The notes under the pieces are model-generated. The model had not been told where the DNA came from. It saw only the letters and a list, made by a program, of their open reading frames with translations, and made no database searches. From an uncultured delta proteobacterium (GTDB taxonomy: Bacteria > Desulfobacterota > Desulfomonilia > UBA1062), in assembly GCA_963752595.1 (NCBI GenBank), contig CAVVYZ010000001.1, positions 96,001-160,000 of the forward strand: 64,000 bases of DNA, in the 5' to 3' direction. Position numbers and translations under genes: made by a program. Position 1 is the first letter of the stretch. Every line of letters starts with the position of its first letter. Shown piece after piece: positions 1-9,718 of this stretch.

Positions 1-237
1 ATCCAGCACGGCAAGCTCTTTCGGGGTGCGGCCGAGGCCGAAGAGTTCGCGGGCACAGACCAGAGATATCTCATCGAGGGTCCGGATCGTGAGAATACAT
101 GCGATGAGCTGTTCAAAGGGCGATCTATGCCCTTCATCGGCAAGTGCGAAAAGAGCGGCCTTCGGGAAAGGCTTCACAACCTCCCTTATGAGATTCATGG
201 CAAGGTCGATGTCAAAAGGACGCTTCCAGGCGCTCAT
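1..237 (-). CDS. nth: Endonuclease III (HhH-GPD) family DNA glycosylase, 5' part; runs off the window edge
   Basis: Manual translation of the minus strand from ATG at 237: MSAWKRPFDIDLAMNLIREVVKPFPKAALFALADEGHRSPFEQLIACILTIRTLDE..., a typical Nth N-terminus. Purine-rich RBS upstream. Not in the ORF track. Confidence 0.75.
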   Translation of the reverse strand, partial: MSAWKRPFDIDLAMNLIREVVKPFPKAALFALADEGHRSPFEQLIACILTIRTLDEISLVCARELFGLGRTPKELAVLD

Positions 238-606
238 CTGTAGCCCCTTTCTTTCCTCTGCTATGACTTAGGATAGTGCCGTGGAGAAAAAAATGTATCT
301 ACCCTTAATTATCACTTGCAATTTTTTCAGGAAGTATTATTAGAAAAATCAAAAGAGGCTCGCTCTTGGATGCGAGAAAAGGGCTCCGGGACACAGCAGA
401 TTCAGGGAGAGAGTGATACAGTGACGAAGCTTAAAGATCATATCATCACGGCACCCGTCAGCGATGCCGAACGGTATTGAATACCTTTCGATGATACTCC
501 CTTTCACTCACCTCATCCCTCCCTACCGACACAATCCATTTCAAAAAATTAATACTCAACACAGAAATAATACATGCCGATATTTGACGCAAGGAGGAGA
601 TTTGAG

Positions 607-1911
607 ATGAAGAACAACGGTCCTGCAGTGTCTGTTTCACCCGAAGACCCGGACCCCCTGGGTACTGAGGCCCCCGAGGAGCCCCCATCGATATCGTCGG
701 CCCTAACCCAGGATTTGTTGTTTGCACCACAACCCGCAAGGAAGTTTCCTTTAGCCGGCCGTATTCCCATCAGCCAACGTTGCCGCCAGTTCTTAAGGGA
801 TTTCTATCCCCACGCAACTGAAACCGACTGGGCAAGCTGGAACTGGCAGATCCGCAACAGCATCAACACCCCCGAGCAGATCCAGAGGATCATCGGGATG
901 ACCGTGGAAGAGTTTGATGCCATTCAGAGGCGCACGGCACTCCCCTTCAGGATCACCCCGTACTACGCGAGCCTCATGAGCCCGACGGACCCGTCACAGG
1001 CCATAAGGCGATCCGTCGTGCCGGTGGTCGATGAGTACACCATGAGTCCCGGAGAGGAGCAGGACCCGCTGTCCGAAGAGCACCAGAGCCCGGTGCCCGG
1101 GCTTGTTCACCGGTACCCCGACCGGGTGCTGTTCCTGACAACAGGCTTCTGTTCCACGTATTGCCGCTACTGCACCAGGTCACGCATGGTCGGCAACAAC
1201 GGCAAGTTCCGGAGCAGCATCACGCAGTGGCAGCAGGCCATTGCGTATATAGAGGCCACACCCCAGGTGCGGGACGTCCTCCTTTCCGGAGGAGACCCCC
1301 TGACACTGCCGGACAGCCATCTGGATTACCTTCTGTCAAGCATCAGGCGTATCCCCCATGTGGAGATCATCCGCATCGGCACCAAGGCGCCCGTGGTATT
1401 ACCTCAGCGGATAACGCCGAAGCTTATGAGGATCCTGAAGAAGTACCAGCCTCTCATGATGAGCATCCATTTCACGCATCCCGATGAACTCACTCCGGAA
1501 ACGAAGGCGGCGTGCAATATGCTCGCTGATTCCGGTGTCCCGCTCGGGAGCCAGACAGTGCTGCTCAAAGGCATCAACGATAATGTAGATACGCTCAAAT
1601 CCCTCTTCCATGGGCTTCTCAAGGTCCGGGTTCGTCCATACTACCTGTACCAGTGCGACCCGATCCTGGGCTCTGCTCATTTCAGGACCACCGTAGAAAA
1701 GGGCATCGAGATGATCGAAGGACTGCGAGGTCATACCTCGGGGTATGCGATTCCCCACTATGTGGTCGATGCCCCCGGCGGAGGAGGCAAAATACCGCTC
1801 CTGCCCGATTACTTCCAGGGCCGCGCCGATGGACAGGTTATCCTGAGGAACTACGAGCGAAAAATTTTCCGCTACCCCGAGTATGATGCGGAATGCCCTC
1901 CGGGCGTGTAA
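607..1911 (+). CDS. kamA: KamA-family radical SAM/PLP aminomutase (lysine 2,3-aminomutase-like)
   Basis: CSTYCRYC radical SAM motif, HRYPDRVL, LSGGDPL, YLYQCD and DAPGGGGKIP (PLP lysine). AGGAGG precedes ATG 607. Confidence 0.9.
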   Translation: MKNNGPAVSVSPEDPDPLGTEAPEEPPSISSALTQDLLFAPQPARKFPLAGRIPISQRCRQFLRDFYPHATETDWASWNWQIRNSINTPEQIQRIIGMTVEEFDAIQRRTALPFRITPYYASLMSPTDPSQAIRRSVVPVVDEYTMSPGEEQDPLSEEHQSPVPGLVHRYPDRVLFLTTGFCSTYCRYCTRSRMVGNNGKFRSSITQWQQAIAYIEATPQVRDVLLSGGDPLTLPDSHLDYLLSSIRRIPHVEIIRIGTKAPVVLPQRITPKLMRILKKYQPLMMSIHFTHPDELTPETKAACNMLADSGVPLGSQTVLLKGINDNVDTLKSLFHGLLKVRVRPYYLYQCDPILGSAHFRTTVEKGIEMIEGLRGHTSGYAIPHYVVDAPGGGGKIPLLPDYFQGRADGQVILRNYERKIFRYPEYDAECPPGV

Positions 1912-1912
1912 G

Positions 1913-2890
1913 ATGAAGGTCGGCATTACCTATGATCTCAGGGACGATTATCTGAAAGAGGGGTACAGCTCCGAGGAGACCGCCGAGTTCGACCGTGCCG
2001 ATACCATTGATGCCATCGATGAGGCACTCGTTGCACTCGGCCATGCCACGGACCGGATCGGAAACGTAAAGCAGCTCGTCTCCAAGCTCGCTTCCGGCCA
2101 TAGATGGGACCTGGTTTTCAACATTGCCGAAGGCATGTACGGGGTCGGGCGGGAGGCCGTGGTCCCTGCCTTGCTCGATGCATATAAGGTCCCCTATACT
2201 TTCTCGGATCCGTTTGTCCTCTCGCTGACCCTGCACAAGGGCATGACAAAGGCTGTCATACGCGATGCAGGCCTCCTGACCGCCGACTTCGTGCTGGTCA
2301 ATTCAGCAGACGAGATCGATGCCGTACGCCTGCCGTATCCGCTGTTTGCAAAACCTGTTGCAGAAGGTACGGGCAAGGGCATATCCGATACCTCCCGGAT
2401 ATCCTCTCCCGAAGAGCTTCGTTCGATCTGCGAGCGCCTGCTGAAAGAGTTCCGCCAGGCCGTGCTCGTTGAAACTTATCTTCCTGGCAGGGAGTTCACC
2501 GCAGGCGTCGTAGGCACCGGAAGCGATGCGCAGCTCGTCGGCATGATGGAGGTCTTGTTCCGCGACAAGCAGGACGGTGAGCTGATCTATTCGTACCATA
2601 CCAAATCGAACTATGAAGAAATGATCGTATACTCTATCCCTGAGCAGAGCGTGATCGATTCATGCTCAGAGCTTGCCCTTGCTTCATGGAAGGCCCTTGG
2701 ATGCAGGGACGGCGGCCGGGTCGACATCAGGATGGATGCTCAGGGACGGCCCAATTTCATCGAGGTAAACCCCCTGGCAGGGCTCAATCCGGTTCATTCC
2801 GACCTGCCGATCCTGTGCAGGCTCAACGGCATCTCTTTCCAGAACCTCATCGAGCGCATCCTCCTGAGCACTTTGAAGAGAATCTGCTGA
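1913..2890 (+). CDS. D-Ala-D-Ala ligase-like ATP-grasp enzyme 1
   Basis: FNIAEG, FAKPVAEGTGKGI, VETYLPGREFT, GRVDIR, FIEVNPLAGL. Starts 1 nt after the kamA stop. Confidence 0.85.
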   Translation: MKVGITYDLRDDYLKEGYSSEETAEFDRADTIDAIDEALVALGHATDRIGNVKQLVSKLASGHRWDLVFNIAEGMYGVGREAVVPALLDAYKVPYTFSDPFVLSLTLHKGMTKAVIRDAGLLTADFVLVNSADEIDAVRLPYPLFAKPVAEGTGKGISDTSRISSPEELRSICERLLKEFRQAVLVETYLPGREFTAGVVGTGSDAQLVGMMEVLFRDKQDGELIYSYHTKSNYEEMIVYSIPEQSVIDSCSELALASWKALGCRDGGRVDIRMDAQGRPNFIEVNPLAGLNPVHSDLPILCRLNGISFQNLIERILLSTLKRIC

Positions 2891-2899
2891 AGAGCCTTT

Positions 2900-3898
2900 G
2901 TGAAAAAGCCCGTTATAATCCTTCACCAGAAACTGCCCCTTGATGCCTCACCGGATGACCAGGATGTGCTCATCCAGGCGGCAGCGATATCGGATGCGCT
3001 GACGAGTCTCGGCTACCAGTCCTCCATCGTGCCTTTCGAACTCGACATCCACGCGTTGGCTGCCCGGCTCACCCGCATCAAACCCCTGTGCGTTTTCAAT
3101 ATCGTCGAGTCGCTGGACGACGACGGCAGGCTCATACACCTTGCCTGCTCGATCCTGGACCATCTCGGCATCCCTTACACCGGGGCCTGCACCGAGGCGA
3201 TGTTCCTCACCTCGAACAAGGTCCTGGCCAAGAAATGGATGCACAGATCAGGCATCCCGACGCCGGAATGGATTATGCCGGGCAACTCACCCGAGAGCAA
3301 TCTCCCGTTTCCTTCCCTCTACATCGTGAAGGCCCTCTGGGAGGAAGCATCCGTTGGGATCGACGGCGAGTCGGTGAAGGAGGCAAAGGATCTCCCCGGT
3401 CTGATTGTTTCCCTTGAGAAGAGGGCGCATGTCCTGAACAAAAAGTGCTTTGCTGAGCGCTATATCGACGGAAGGGAGTTCAACCTCTCGGTCCTTGGAG
3501 GAGTACGCGGGCCACAGGTGCTGCCGCCTGCAGAGATCACGTTCTCTTTCCCGGACGGAAGGCCCAAGATCCTTGATTACAAGGCGAAGTGGCATGAGGA
3601 TTCGGTTGAATACAGATCCACGCTCCGGACCTTTGAATTCGGAAAACAGGATGCAGGTCTCCTCAAGGAGCTTGAACAGGTAGCGCATTTGTGCTGGGAA
3701 GCCTTTGACCTGAGAGGCTATGCCCGGGTCGATTTCCGGGTGGACGGGGAGGGGAGGCCGTGGGTCCTGGAGATCAACGCCAACCCCTGCATATCGCCGG
3801 ACAGCGGGTTTGTGGCCGCCTCTCAGAGGGCCGGGATGAGCTACCCGGAAGTGATCGCCCGCATTTTATCGGATACCCTGGAGAAAGGCGGGTTATGA
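2900..3898 (+). CDS. D-Ala-D-Ala ligase-like ATP-grasp enzyme 2
   Basis: FNIVES, IPYTG, ERYIDGREFN, LDYKAKW, GYARVDFR, LEINANP. Confidence 0.85.
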   Translation: MKKPVIILHQKLPLDASPDDQDVLIQAAAISDALTSLGYQSSIVPFELDIHALAARLTRIKPLCVFNIVESLDDDGRLIHLACSILDHLGIPYTGACTEAMFLTSNKVLAKKWMHRSGIPTPEWIMPGNSPESNLPFPSLYIVKALWEEASVGIDGESVKEAKDLPGLIVSLEKRAHVLNKKCFAERYIDGREFNLSVLGGVRGPQVLPPAEITFSFPDGRPKILDYKAKWHEDSVEYRSTLRTFEFGKQDAGLLKELEQVAHLCWEAFDLRGYARVDFRVDGEGRPWVLEINANPCISPDSGFVAASQRAGMSYPEVIARILSDTLEKGGL

Positions 3899-4377
3899 AA
3901 CTCTCCTATCGCAGCAGGGTAACACCAGGCGACAGGGACACGGTACGGGCCATCGTTGATTCTACAGGGTTTTTCAATTCAGAAGAGCTGGCTATTGCCG
4001 TAGAGCTCGTGGACGAACGCCTGAGCAAAGGACCGGAGAGCGGCTATCACTTCCTGTTCTGCGAGCAGGGAAGCTCAAGAGACCTTGGATACACCTGCTT
4101 CGGGCGCATTCCGGGTACCGCCTCAAGCTTCGACCTTTACTGGATAGCGGTTCACCGGCAATTCCAGGGACAGGGTATCGGCCGAGAATTGCTCGGCGCT
4201 ACCGAGAATATCATCAGGGAGATGGGCGGTTCCCGCGTCTACATCGAGACCTCCTCCCGGGGCCTCTATCAACCGACACAGGCTTTCTACGAAAGATCAG
4301 GCTATGCCCGGGAGGCTGTCCTCGAAGACTTCTACGCACCCGGCGACAGCAAGATTATCTATGTCAAGGAGTTGTAA
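3895..4377 (+). CDS. GNAT family N-acetyltransferase
   Basis: LYWIAVHRQFQGQGIG acetyl-CoA motif A and FYERSGY. ATGA overlap with the previous stop. Confidence 0.85.
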   Translation: MKLSYRSRVTPGDRDTVRAIVDSTGFFNSEELAIAVELVDERLSKGPESGYHFLFCEQGSSRDLGYTCFGRIPGTASSFDLYWIAVHRQFQGQGIGRELLGATENIIREMGGSRVYIETSSRGLYQPTQAFYERSGYAREAVLEDFYAPGDSKIIYVKEL

Positions 4378-4450
4378 AAGCATTGTTCGCCCGGGGCCGC
4401 GAATCATAATCCCCACAGATAGCTCATCCGATAATTCCCATGATGATACG

Positions 4451-4813
4451 CTATTCCTGATGCTCTGTAGTGTTGAATGTATAAGAAGAGACGATGCCCT
4501 GCTTGTCGAAGCGGATTACCAGGTCTTTCGTGCTTGCCTCTTTGAACAGGCTGTAGCGGTATCTCCCGTAGGTCCACGCCTGCTGTCCGTCTTCGAGCCC
4601 TGCGCGCCAGGGCGCTCCGAACATAGACCGGACCTGTTCCTGGGTGGTTTCATGGATTTTTATCCGGGGCACAAGGCTATCCGGAAAATCACGGCCGACG
4701 GTGGCGCAGCCGGCAGAGAGAAGAAGTACGGCAGGTAGCGCGAGCAAGAGGATCCTTGGCAGGGTTTTCCTTTGCCGGCTTGAGCGCAGAGCGGAACATT
4801 CCTGATTCTTCAT
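4451..4813 (-). CDS. Small lipoprotein, BamE/SmpA-OmlA-like domain
   Basis: Lipobox LSAGC, TTQEQVRSMFGAP, WTY, LVIRFDKQGIV. Confidence 0.7.
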   Translation of the reverse strand: MKNQECSALRSSRQRKTLPRILLLALPAVLLLSAGCATVGRDFPDSLVPRIKIHETTQEQVRSMFGAPWRAGLEDGQQAWTYGRYRYSLFKEASTKDLVIRFDKQGIVSSYTFNTTEHQE

Positions 4814-5069
4814 GATACATTCTCCTTCTTTCATTCTTATAGAGGGAAAGATCAGACGGAACAAGTGTGAAGCAATAAGAAGCGCGGCCGTCAATCCACA
4901 GTATACCGCCATGGGAATCCGATGATCATCCCTGGCTGCTATTTAATTTGGGAAGCTAACCGCACTTAAATTATAGTTTCCAATGGCATGTACCGAAATA
5001 TATTTTGAAGAGAAGACTATCAAATTGTTGATATTTTGATTGCAGAGCATGTATGAGAGGGATGGTTAG

Positions 5070-6749
5070 GTGATGGATTTCCAAGATAAACAAATGAAAG
5101 CCCTGAATGCCGGGCCTACGGAAGAGGAATTGGAGGCGGCGAAAAAGGTTCTTGCAAGCCTCCTTCTTGTCAGAAAGAATTATTCGTTATATCCCGAAGG
5201 CCACACCGTCTGTACGAATTCCCTTGAACAGTTTCATTGGCATCTTGGAAAATACCTAGCCAAGTTTGGAGACCTGAAACTTGACATCGAAAGAGATCAG
5301 CTCCTTTCCCAGGGTGAAGTAATCTTTTCGGAACCCCCGGAAGAAGGAACGCTGGCGTTCACCCTCTTTCGTGACGGAATCCGATGGCTGGAATTCAAAG
5401 AAGGCATAGATCTTGGGGAAGTAAAAGAATTCTTAAGGGTCATCAACAAATACGGCATATTGTCTGATGAGCCCGAGGGGGATATCGTCACTGCGTTCTG
5501 GGAAAACCAACCAACCCATATAAAATACGAAGTTTCCGATTTTTTCTGGGGAGTCGAACAGGAAATGGAACTTGCTCCGCCCCAAGAAACGGATAATACG
5601 GTTTCCGCATTACTGCGAGAGAATAAACTGGCTGATTGGAAGCCTTTGGCTGATCCGCCTATTAATCAAGATGATATCGTGATTGCCTCGGAGGAGATGA
5701 TAGCGATCCAGGAGATGGTCTGTATCGAGGAAGACGGAGACCCGACCGCATATCTGGACGCGTTATTCGACAGCCTGCTTCAGAATCGGGAACAAGAGAA
5801 TTTCAAGGTCATTCTCGATGTACTGGAGGAAGAGTTCGTGAGCTCTCTGGCTCGAAAAGATTTCGATATTTCGCTCAAGATCCTGCAAAGCTTGCAGTAT
5901 GTCGTCGACACATGCGTGGCCGAGATACCATGGGCCGGTCCGTTCATTGAAGACTTTTTCCTTACTGCCTCCAGTGCACAGTCGTTAAGCCCTCTACAGC
6001 ACGTATGGTCGGAGATAGATCCCGGCCGGATTGAAAAAGTAAAACAGACCCTCATGCTTCTGCAACCCGAAGCCATTCATACCCTGGGAAGCTTATTGCC
6101 GAAGAATCAACCGGTAAAGATGCGGCAGATGCTTTCGGATGTAATAAGTTCACTGGCCGCCCGGGATTTCCATCCTTTGGAAGACATGCTGAAAAGTCCC
6201 GATGAAAAGCTTATGGAAAAGCTTATCCATGTAGTCATAGACCTCGGGGGAGAAAGGTCTTCCAAGGTCCTGATGAAAATGATCCGCCATAAATCGACAT
6301 ATGTTCGCCAGGAGGCGGTAAAGGGGTTATTGCAACGAGGCCCTGCTTATATAAAGGATGTTTTCAGTCTTATCAACGACCGAGACGAATCTATCCGCCG
6401 CCTGATCTTGAAACAACTTGGGCAGACTCGGAATCAGGCTGCCGAAGGGCTTCTTCTTGACTATCTTGAACACCGGAAGTTCACGAATGCCGATTACGAG
6501 CATATTATTGCCTGCTTCACAACGCTCGGCCAATGCGGCTCATCGATCTCAATCCCCTTTCTGAAACAAATTCTGTTCAACAGGGGATGGATGCCTGCCT
6601 TCGGCATATCCCCACAGAGGAGAGGTGCTGCCATCGCATTGAGTAAAATGGGGATCAGAGAAGCGCAGCAGTTGCTGGAAGAAGCCGGCCGGTCTCTTAA
6701 CCCGATGGTGCGGCGTGTTCACCGGGAAATAAACCACGACCGGGCTTAA
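5070..6749 (+). CDS. HEAT-repeat domain protein
   Basis: Long helical ORF with N-terminal LYPEGH motif and C-terminal HEAT-like repeats (VRQEAVKGL, IRRLILKQLG, RRGAAIALSKMG). Confidence 0.7.
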   Translation: MMDFQDKQMKALNAGPTEEELEAAKKVLASLLLVRKNYSLYPEGHTVCTNSLEQFHWHLGKYLAKFGDLKLDIERDQLLSQGEVIFSEPPEEGTLAFTLFRDGIRWLEFKEGIDLGEVKEFLRVINKYGILSDEPEGDIVTAFWENQPTHIKYEVSDFFWGVEQEMELAPPQETDNTVSALLRENKLADWKPLADPPINQDDIVIASEEMIAIQEMVCIEEDGDPTAYLDALFDSLLQNREQENFKVILDVLEEEFVSSLARKDFDISLKILQSLQYVVDTCVAEIPWAGPFIEDFFLTASSAQSLSPLQHVWSEIDPGRIEKVKQTLMLLQPEAIHTLGSLLPKNQPVKMRQMLSDVISSLAARDFHPLEDMLKSPDEKLMEKLIHVVIDLGGERSSKVLMKMIRHKSTYVRQEAVKGLLQRGPAYIKDVFSLINDRDESIRRLILKQLGQTRNQAAEGLLLDYLEHRKFTNADYEHIIACFTTLGQCGSSISIPFLKQILFNRGWMPAFGISPQRRGAAIALSKMGIREAQQLLEEAGRSLNPMVRRVHREINHDRA

Positions 6750-6764
6750 AAAGGAGGCACAACT

Positions 6765-8192
6765 GTGTCGAACCAGAAGACCCATCCCGAGCTGCTGGGA
6801 GGAAGATTAATCAAAACCTTCTATCAGATTGTCAATACCGTGAGGATTCATCAGGATAACAACCAGTTGATCAAGGAGTGTGTCTCACAGTTTCATAGCA
6901 TTATTGCCGACCTGACTGACGGCCAGGATGATGTAAGTATCCGGATCTGGCGGGGGAGATTCCACATTCAGGGAGAGAAGATCCTCTATCAGAGAGAGAT
7001 ATTTCACATTATCAATGAAATGGTGGAGTATTTCTCGCAAAGGGGAATCGGCGGGCTGAATTTTAAGTTTTCCGTGAACGATGTCTCACCAGAAGATATC
7101 GTAACCTTTGCACGCCTCCTCAACGATTCTATGAAATACGAGGATGCCCCTGAATGGCTGAACCGTCAACTGGGAGAGAATGGATTCTCCTGGATAGAGG
7201 TTTCCCGGAACCAGGAGGATAATCAGCAGGATCCTGATATGCGGCGGAAAGAAAAGGCCAGGCATGTCTACTTTCATGCCCTGAATATCGTAAAAGAGGT
7301 AGCCGAGAAAGCATCGAAGGGGATTGCGGGGGTCCGCAAGGCAAGACGTCTGGCCCAGACCATCGTGGATCTGGTGCAGGAAGACAATTCACTCCTGCTG
7401 GGCCTGGCAACGATCAGGGACTATGACGATTACACCTATACCCATTCGGTAAACGTGGCCCTGCTTGCCACGTGCCTGGGGAGATACGTAGGTCTGTCTC
7501 AGGTATTTCTTGAGCATCTTACGGTGTGCGGACTTTTTCATGATCTGGGAAAGGTCGGGGTAGCGAAAGAGATACTCCTGAAGCGTGGCGAACTGAACAC
7601 CGACGAGTGGGATAAAATGCGGAGGCACCCCCTTATCGGGGTGAGAAAGATCCTCAGGTTGAACGCTCCGCATTCCCTGCGATCAAGGATAATACTCGGC
7701 CCCTTTGAGCACCATCTTAATATTGACATGTCCGGATACCCCAAGACACATTTCATGAAGAAGCTGAGCCTCCTGGGGAAGATTCTGCGTATCGCCGATG
7801 TCTATGAGGCATTAACCTCGGAGCGTGTCTATCGTTCCAGGGCATTTACCCCGGATGAAGCCTTGAGGAGAATGTGGAGCGAGAGGGGAAAAAGCTTTGA
7901 TACAGTCCTGCTGAAAAGCTTTATCAATATGATGGGAATATACCCCATCGGTTCGATCGTGGAGCTGAATACCGGCGAAGTCGGCTTGGTGATGGAATAT
8001 CCGGACGAATCAGAAAAGAGCCTCCCGGTGATTGTACTCCTGACGGATGACGGCCAAGGCGGCCTGGCCAAAGGTGAAACGATCAATCTCGCAGCTCAGG
8101 GAATAGACGGCGGTCCCGCTCGAAGAAACATAGTCGGGGGCATTCATTTCTCCCGGCTCGGAATCCAGCCTTCGCTCCTCTTCCTCCAGTAA
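6765..8192 (+). CDS. HD-GYP domain protein (c-di-GMP phosphodiesterase class II-like)
   Basis: YTYTHSVNV, FHDLGK, HHLNIDMSGYP, IADVYEALTSERVY. AGGAGG RBS. Confidence 0.85.
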   Translation: MSNQKTHPELLGGRLIKTFYQIVNTVRIHQDNNQLIKECVSQFHSIIADLTDGQDDVSIRIWRGRFHIQGEKILYQREIFHIINEMVEYFSQRGIGGLNFKFSVNDVSPEDIVTFARLLNDSMKYEDAPEWLNRQLGENGFSWIEVSRNQEDNQQDPDMRRKEKARHVYFHALNIVKEVAEKASKGIAGVRKARRLAQTIVDLVQEDNSLLLGLATIRDYDDYTYTHSVNVALLATCLGRYVGLSQVFLEHLTVCGLFHDLGKVGVAKEILLKRGELNTDEWDKMRRHPLIGVRKILRLNAPHSLRSRIILGPFEHHLNIDMSGYPKTHFMKKLSLLGKILRIADVYEALTSERVYRSRAFTPDEALRRMWSERGKSFDTVLLKSFINMMGIYPIGSIVELNTGEVGLVMEYPDESEKSLPVIVLLTDDGQGGLAKGETINLAAQGIDGGPARRNIVGGIHFSRLGIQPSLLFLQ

Positions 8193-8348
8193 GCGTAAAT
8201 AAAGTACCGGTCCTCAATCAAAGGATTTTCCTTCTTCCTCTCCCGACCCGCTTTGCAGGTGCCCCGGAGGAGAGGGTATAGAAGAGGGGGGAAAAGAAAA
8301 AGGCTTTGTGATACCCCCGCTGCTTCCGGCAGGGCACGTCATTATCTC

Positions 8349-9086
8349 TCAGGCAAGAAGCATCTTGTACCCTGCGATGACAAGTACCAGGGACAGAATT
8401 CTCTGCACGCTCAGTACCGGGAGCTCTCTGCTGCCCAGGTATGATCCCACGAGGCCTCCGGAGACGGCGGCAAGGGCAAAGGTGAATGCATATGAGGGGA
8501 TCGGATGATTCCCGCTCACGAAGCCGAGGAGACCCGAACAAGAGTTGACCAGGATGAAGAAGGCCGATACCGCCGCCGTTTCCCTGTTGCCTGCCCAGCC
8601 CATGAGAATGAGGAGCGGGCTCAAGAATATGCCGCCGCCTACGCCGATGAGACCGGACAAAAGCCCGAGGGCTGCCCCTACGGTCAGGGAAAGAGGCATG
8701 GACGGAAGACGGAGATCTTTTGTCTGCACTGCGGGGCGGGTGAAGAGCTGCACTGCCGAAAACCACAGAACGAGCACGATAAAATATTTATAAAAGGACA
8801 GAGGAAGAACGAAATAGCCCCCGATGTAGGCAAAAGGAATGGAGGTCAGGGCAAAACGCACGAAGAGAGGCCGGCGGAAATGCCCTGCTCGAAAGAACTG
8901 AACTGCAGCGATTGAAGAGACCAGGATGTTCAGCACGAGGGCCGTGGGCTTGATGACCAGCGGGGTAAGCCCGAAGAGCGTCAGGACTGCAATGTATCCC
9001 GAGGCTCCGCCATGCCCGACGCAGGAGTAGAGGGCAGCGATCATGACGATGCAGAATATCATCAAGGTCAGAGATGAAGCGTCCAT
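8349..9086 (-). CDS. TauE/SafE family sulfite exporter-like permease
   Basis: VGHGGASGY and GLIGVGGGIFLSP repeats; multiple TM helices. Confidence 0.85.
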   Translation of the reverse strand: MDASSLTLMIFCIVMIAALYSCVGHGGASGYIAVLTLFGLTPLVIKPTALVLNILVSSIAAVQFFRAGHFRRPLFVRFALTSIPFAYIGGYFVLPLSFYKYFIVLVLWFSAVQLFTRPAVQTKDLRLPSMPLSLTVGAALGLLSGLIGVGGGIFLSPLLILMGWAGNRETAAVSAFFILVNSCSGLLGFVSGNHPIPSYAFTFALAAVSGGLVGSYLGSRELPVLSVQRILSLVLVIAGYKMLLA

Positions 9087-9093
9087 TGAGCGG

Positions 9094-9675
9094 TTATTTA
9101 TCCTCTACCGTATATGGGCCCTCGCCGCTGCAGGCAGGGCAGATTTGCCCGAGAACCGTACGAAACGCCTCTCCGCAGGAAGGGCACAAGGCTATCGCAG
9201 AATGCTTCTTTCCAGGGGCGGTAAGGTACGGAGATTTCACCTTTACCTTTCCGGTGCTGTAGATGTCCGTTCCCGCCCTGCGAAACTCATCAAGGATACT
9301 GTTAAGATCCTGCTCCTTCTTCGGTTTCTCCTTCAGAAACCAGGCCCGGATTGCCGGCCAGCCGCTCAGTTTGTTTGCATCGAGGTATACCCTGATTCCG
9401 TCGCCGGTGTACTTGTTGTAAAAGGAGAGCGCGTAGCGGCCCGTGTCGACGATCTTGAGCCACCGGTTGCCGATGGTGCAGGGGGTGAGAAGCTGCACTG
9501 CATCCGGCAGGCAGTGCGCTGTCTCACAGACTACATCGAAGAAATCGCCTTCGGGTAATTGCATCCTGGCAATGTCCACCATGATGCCCCCTGCGATAAT
9601 CCCAGGTGCGATACTGCCGTGGAATGCCTTGACCTTCTCAATGAAGTCTTCATACCTATAAGGGCCTATGTTCAT
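9094..9675 (-). CDS. FmdE/FwdE (formylmethanofuran dehydrogenase subunit E)-like protein
   Basis: FHGSIAPG, CETAHCLPDAVQLLTPCTIGN, C-terminal CxxC...CxxC zinc finger. Confidence 0.85.
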   Translation of the reverse strand: MNIGPYRYEDFIEKVKAFHGSIAPGIIAGGIMVDIARMQLPEGDFFDVVCETAHCLPDAVQLLTPCTIGNRWLKIVDTGRYALSFYNKYTGDGIRVYLDANKLSGWPAIRAWFLKEKPKKEQDLNSILDEFRRAGTDIYSTGKVKVKSPYLTAPGKKHSAIALCPSCGEAFRTVLGQICPACSGEGPYTVEDK

Positions 9676-9718
9676 CGAAGTTTCTCCTCCGCTAAACCCG
9701 GATTGACTCCATACAGTA

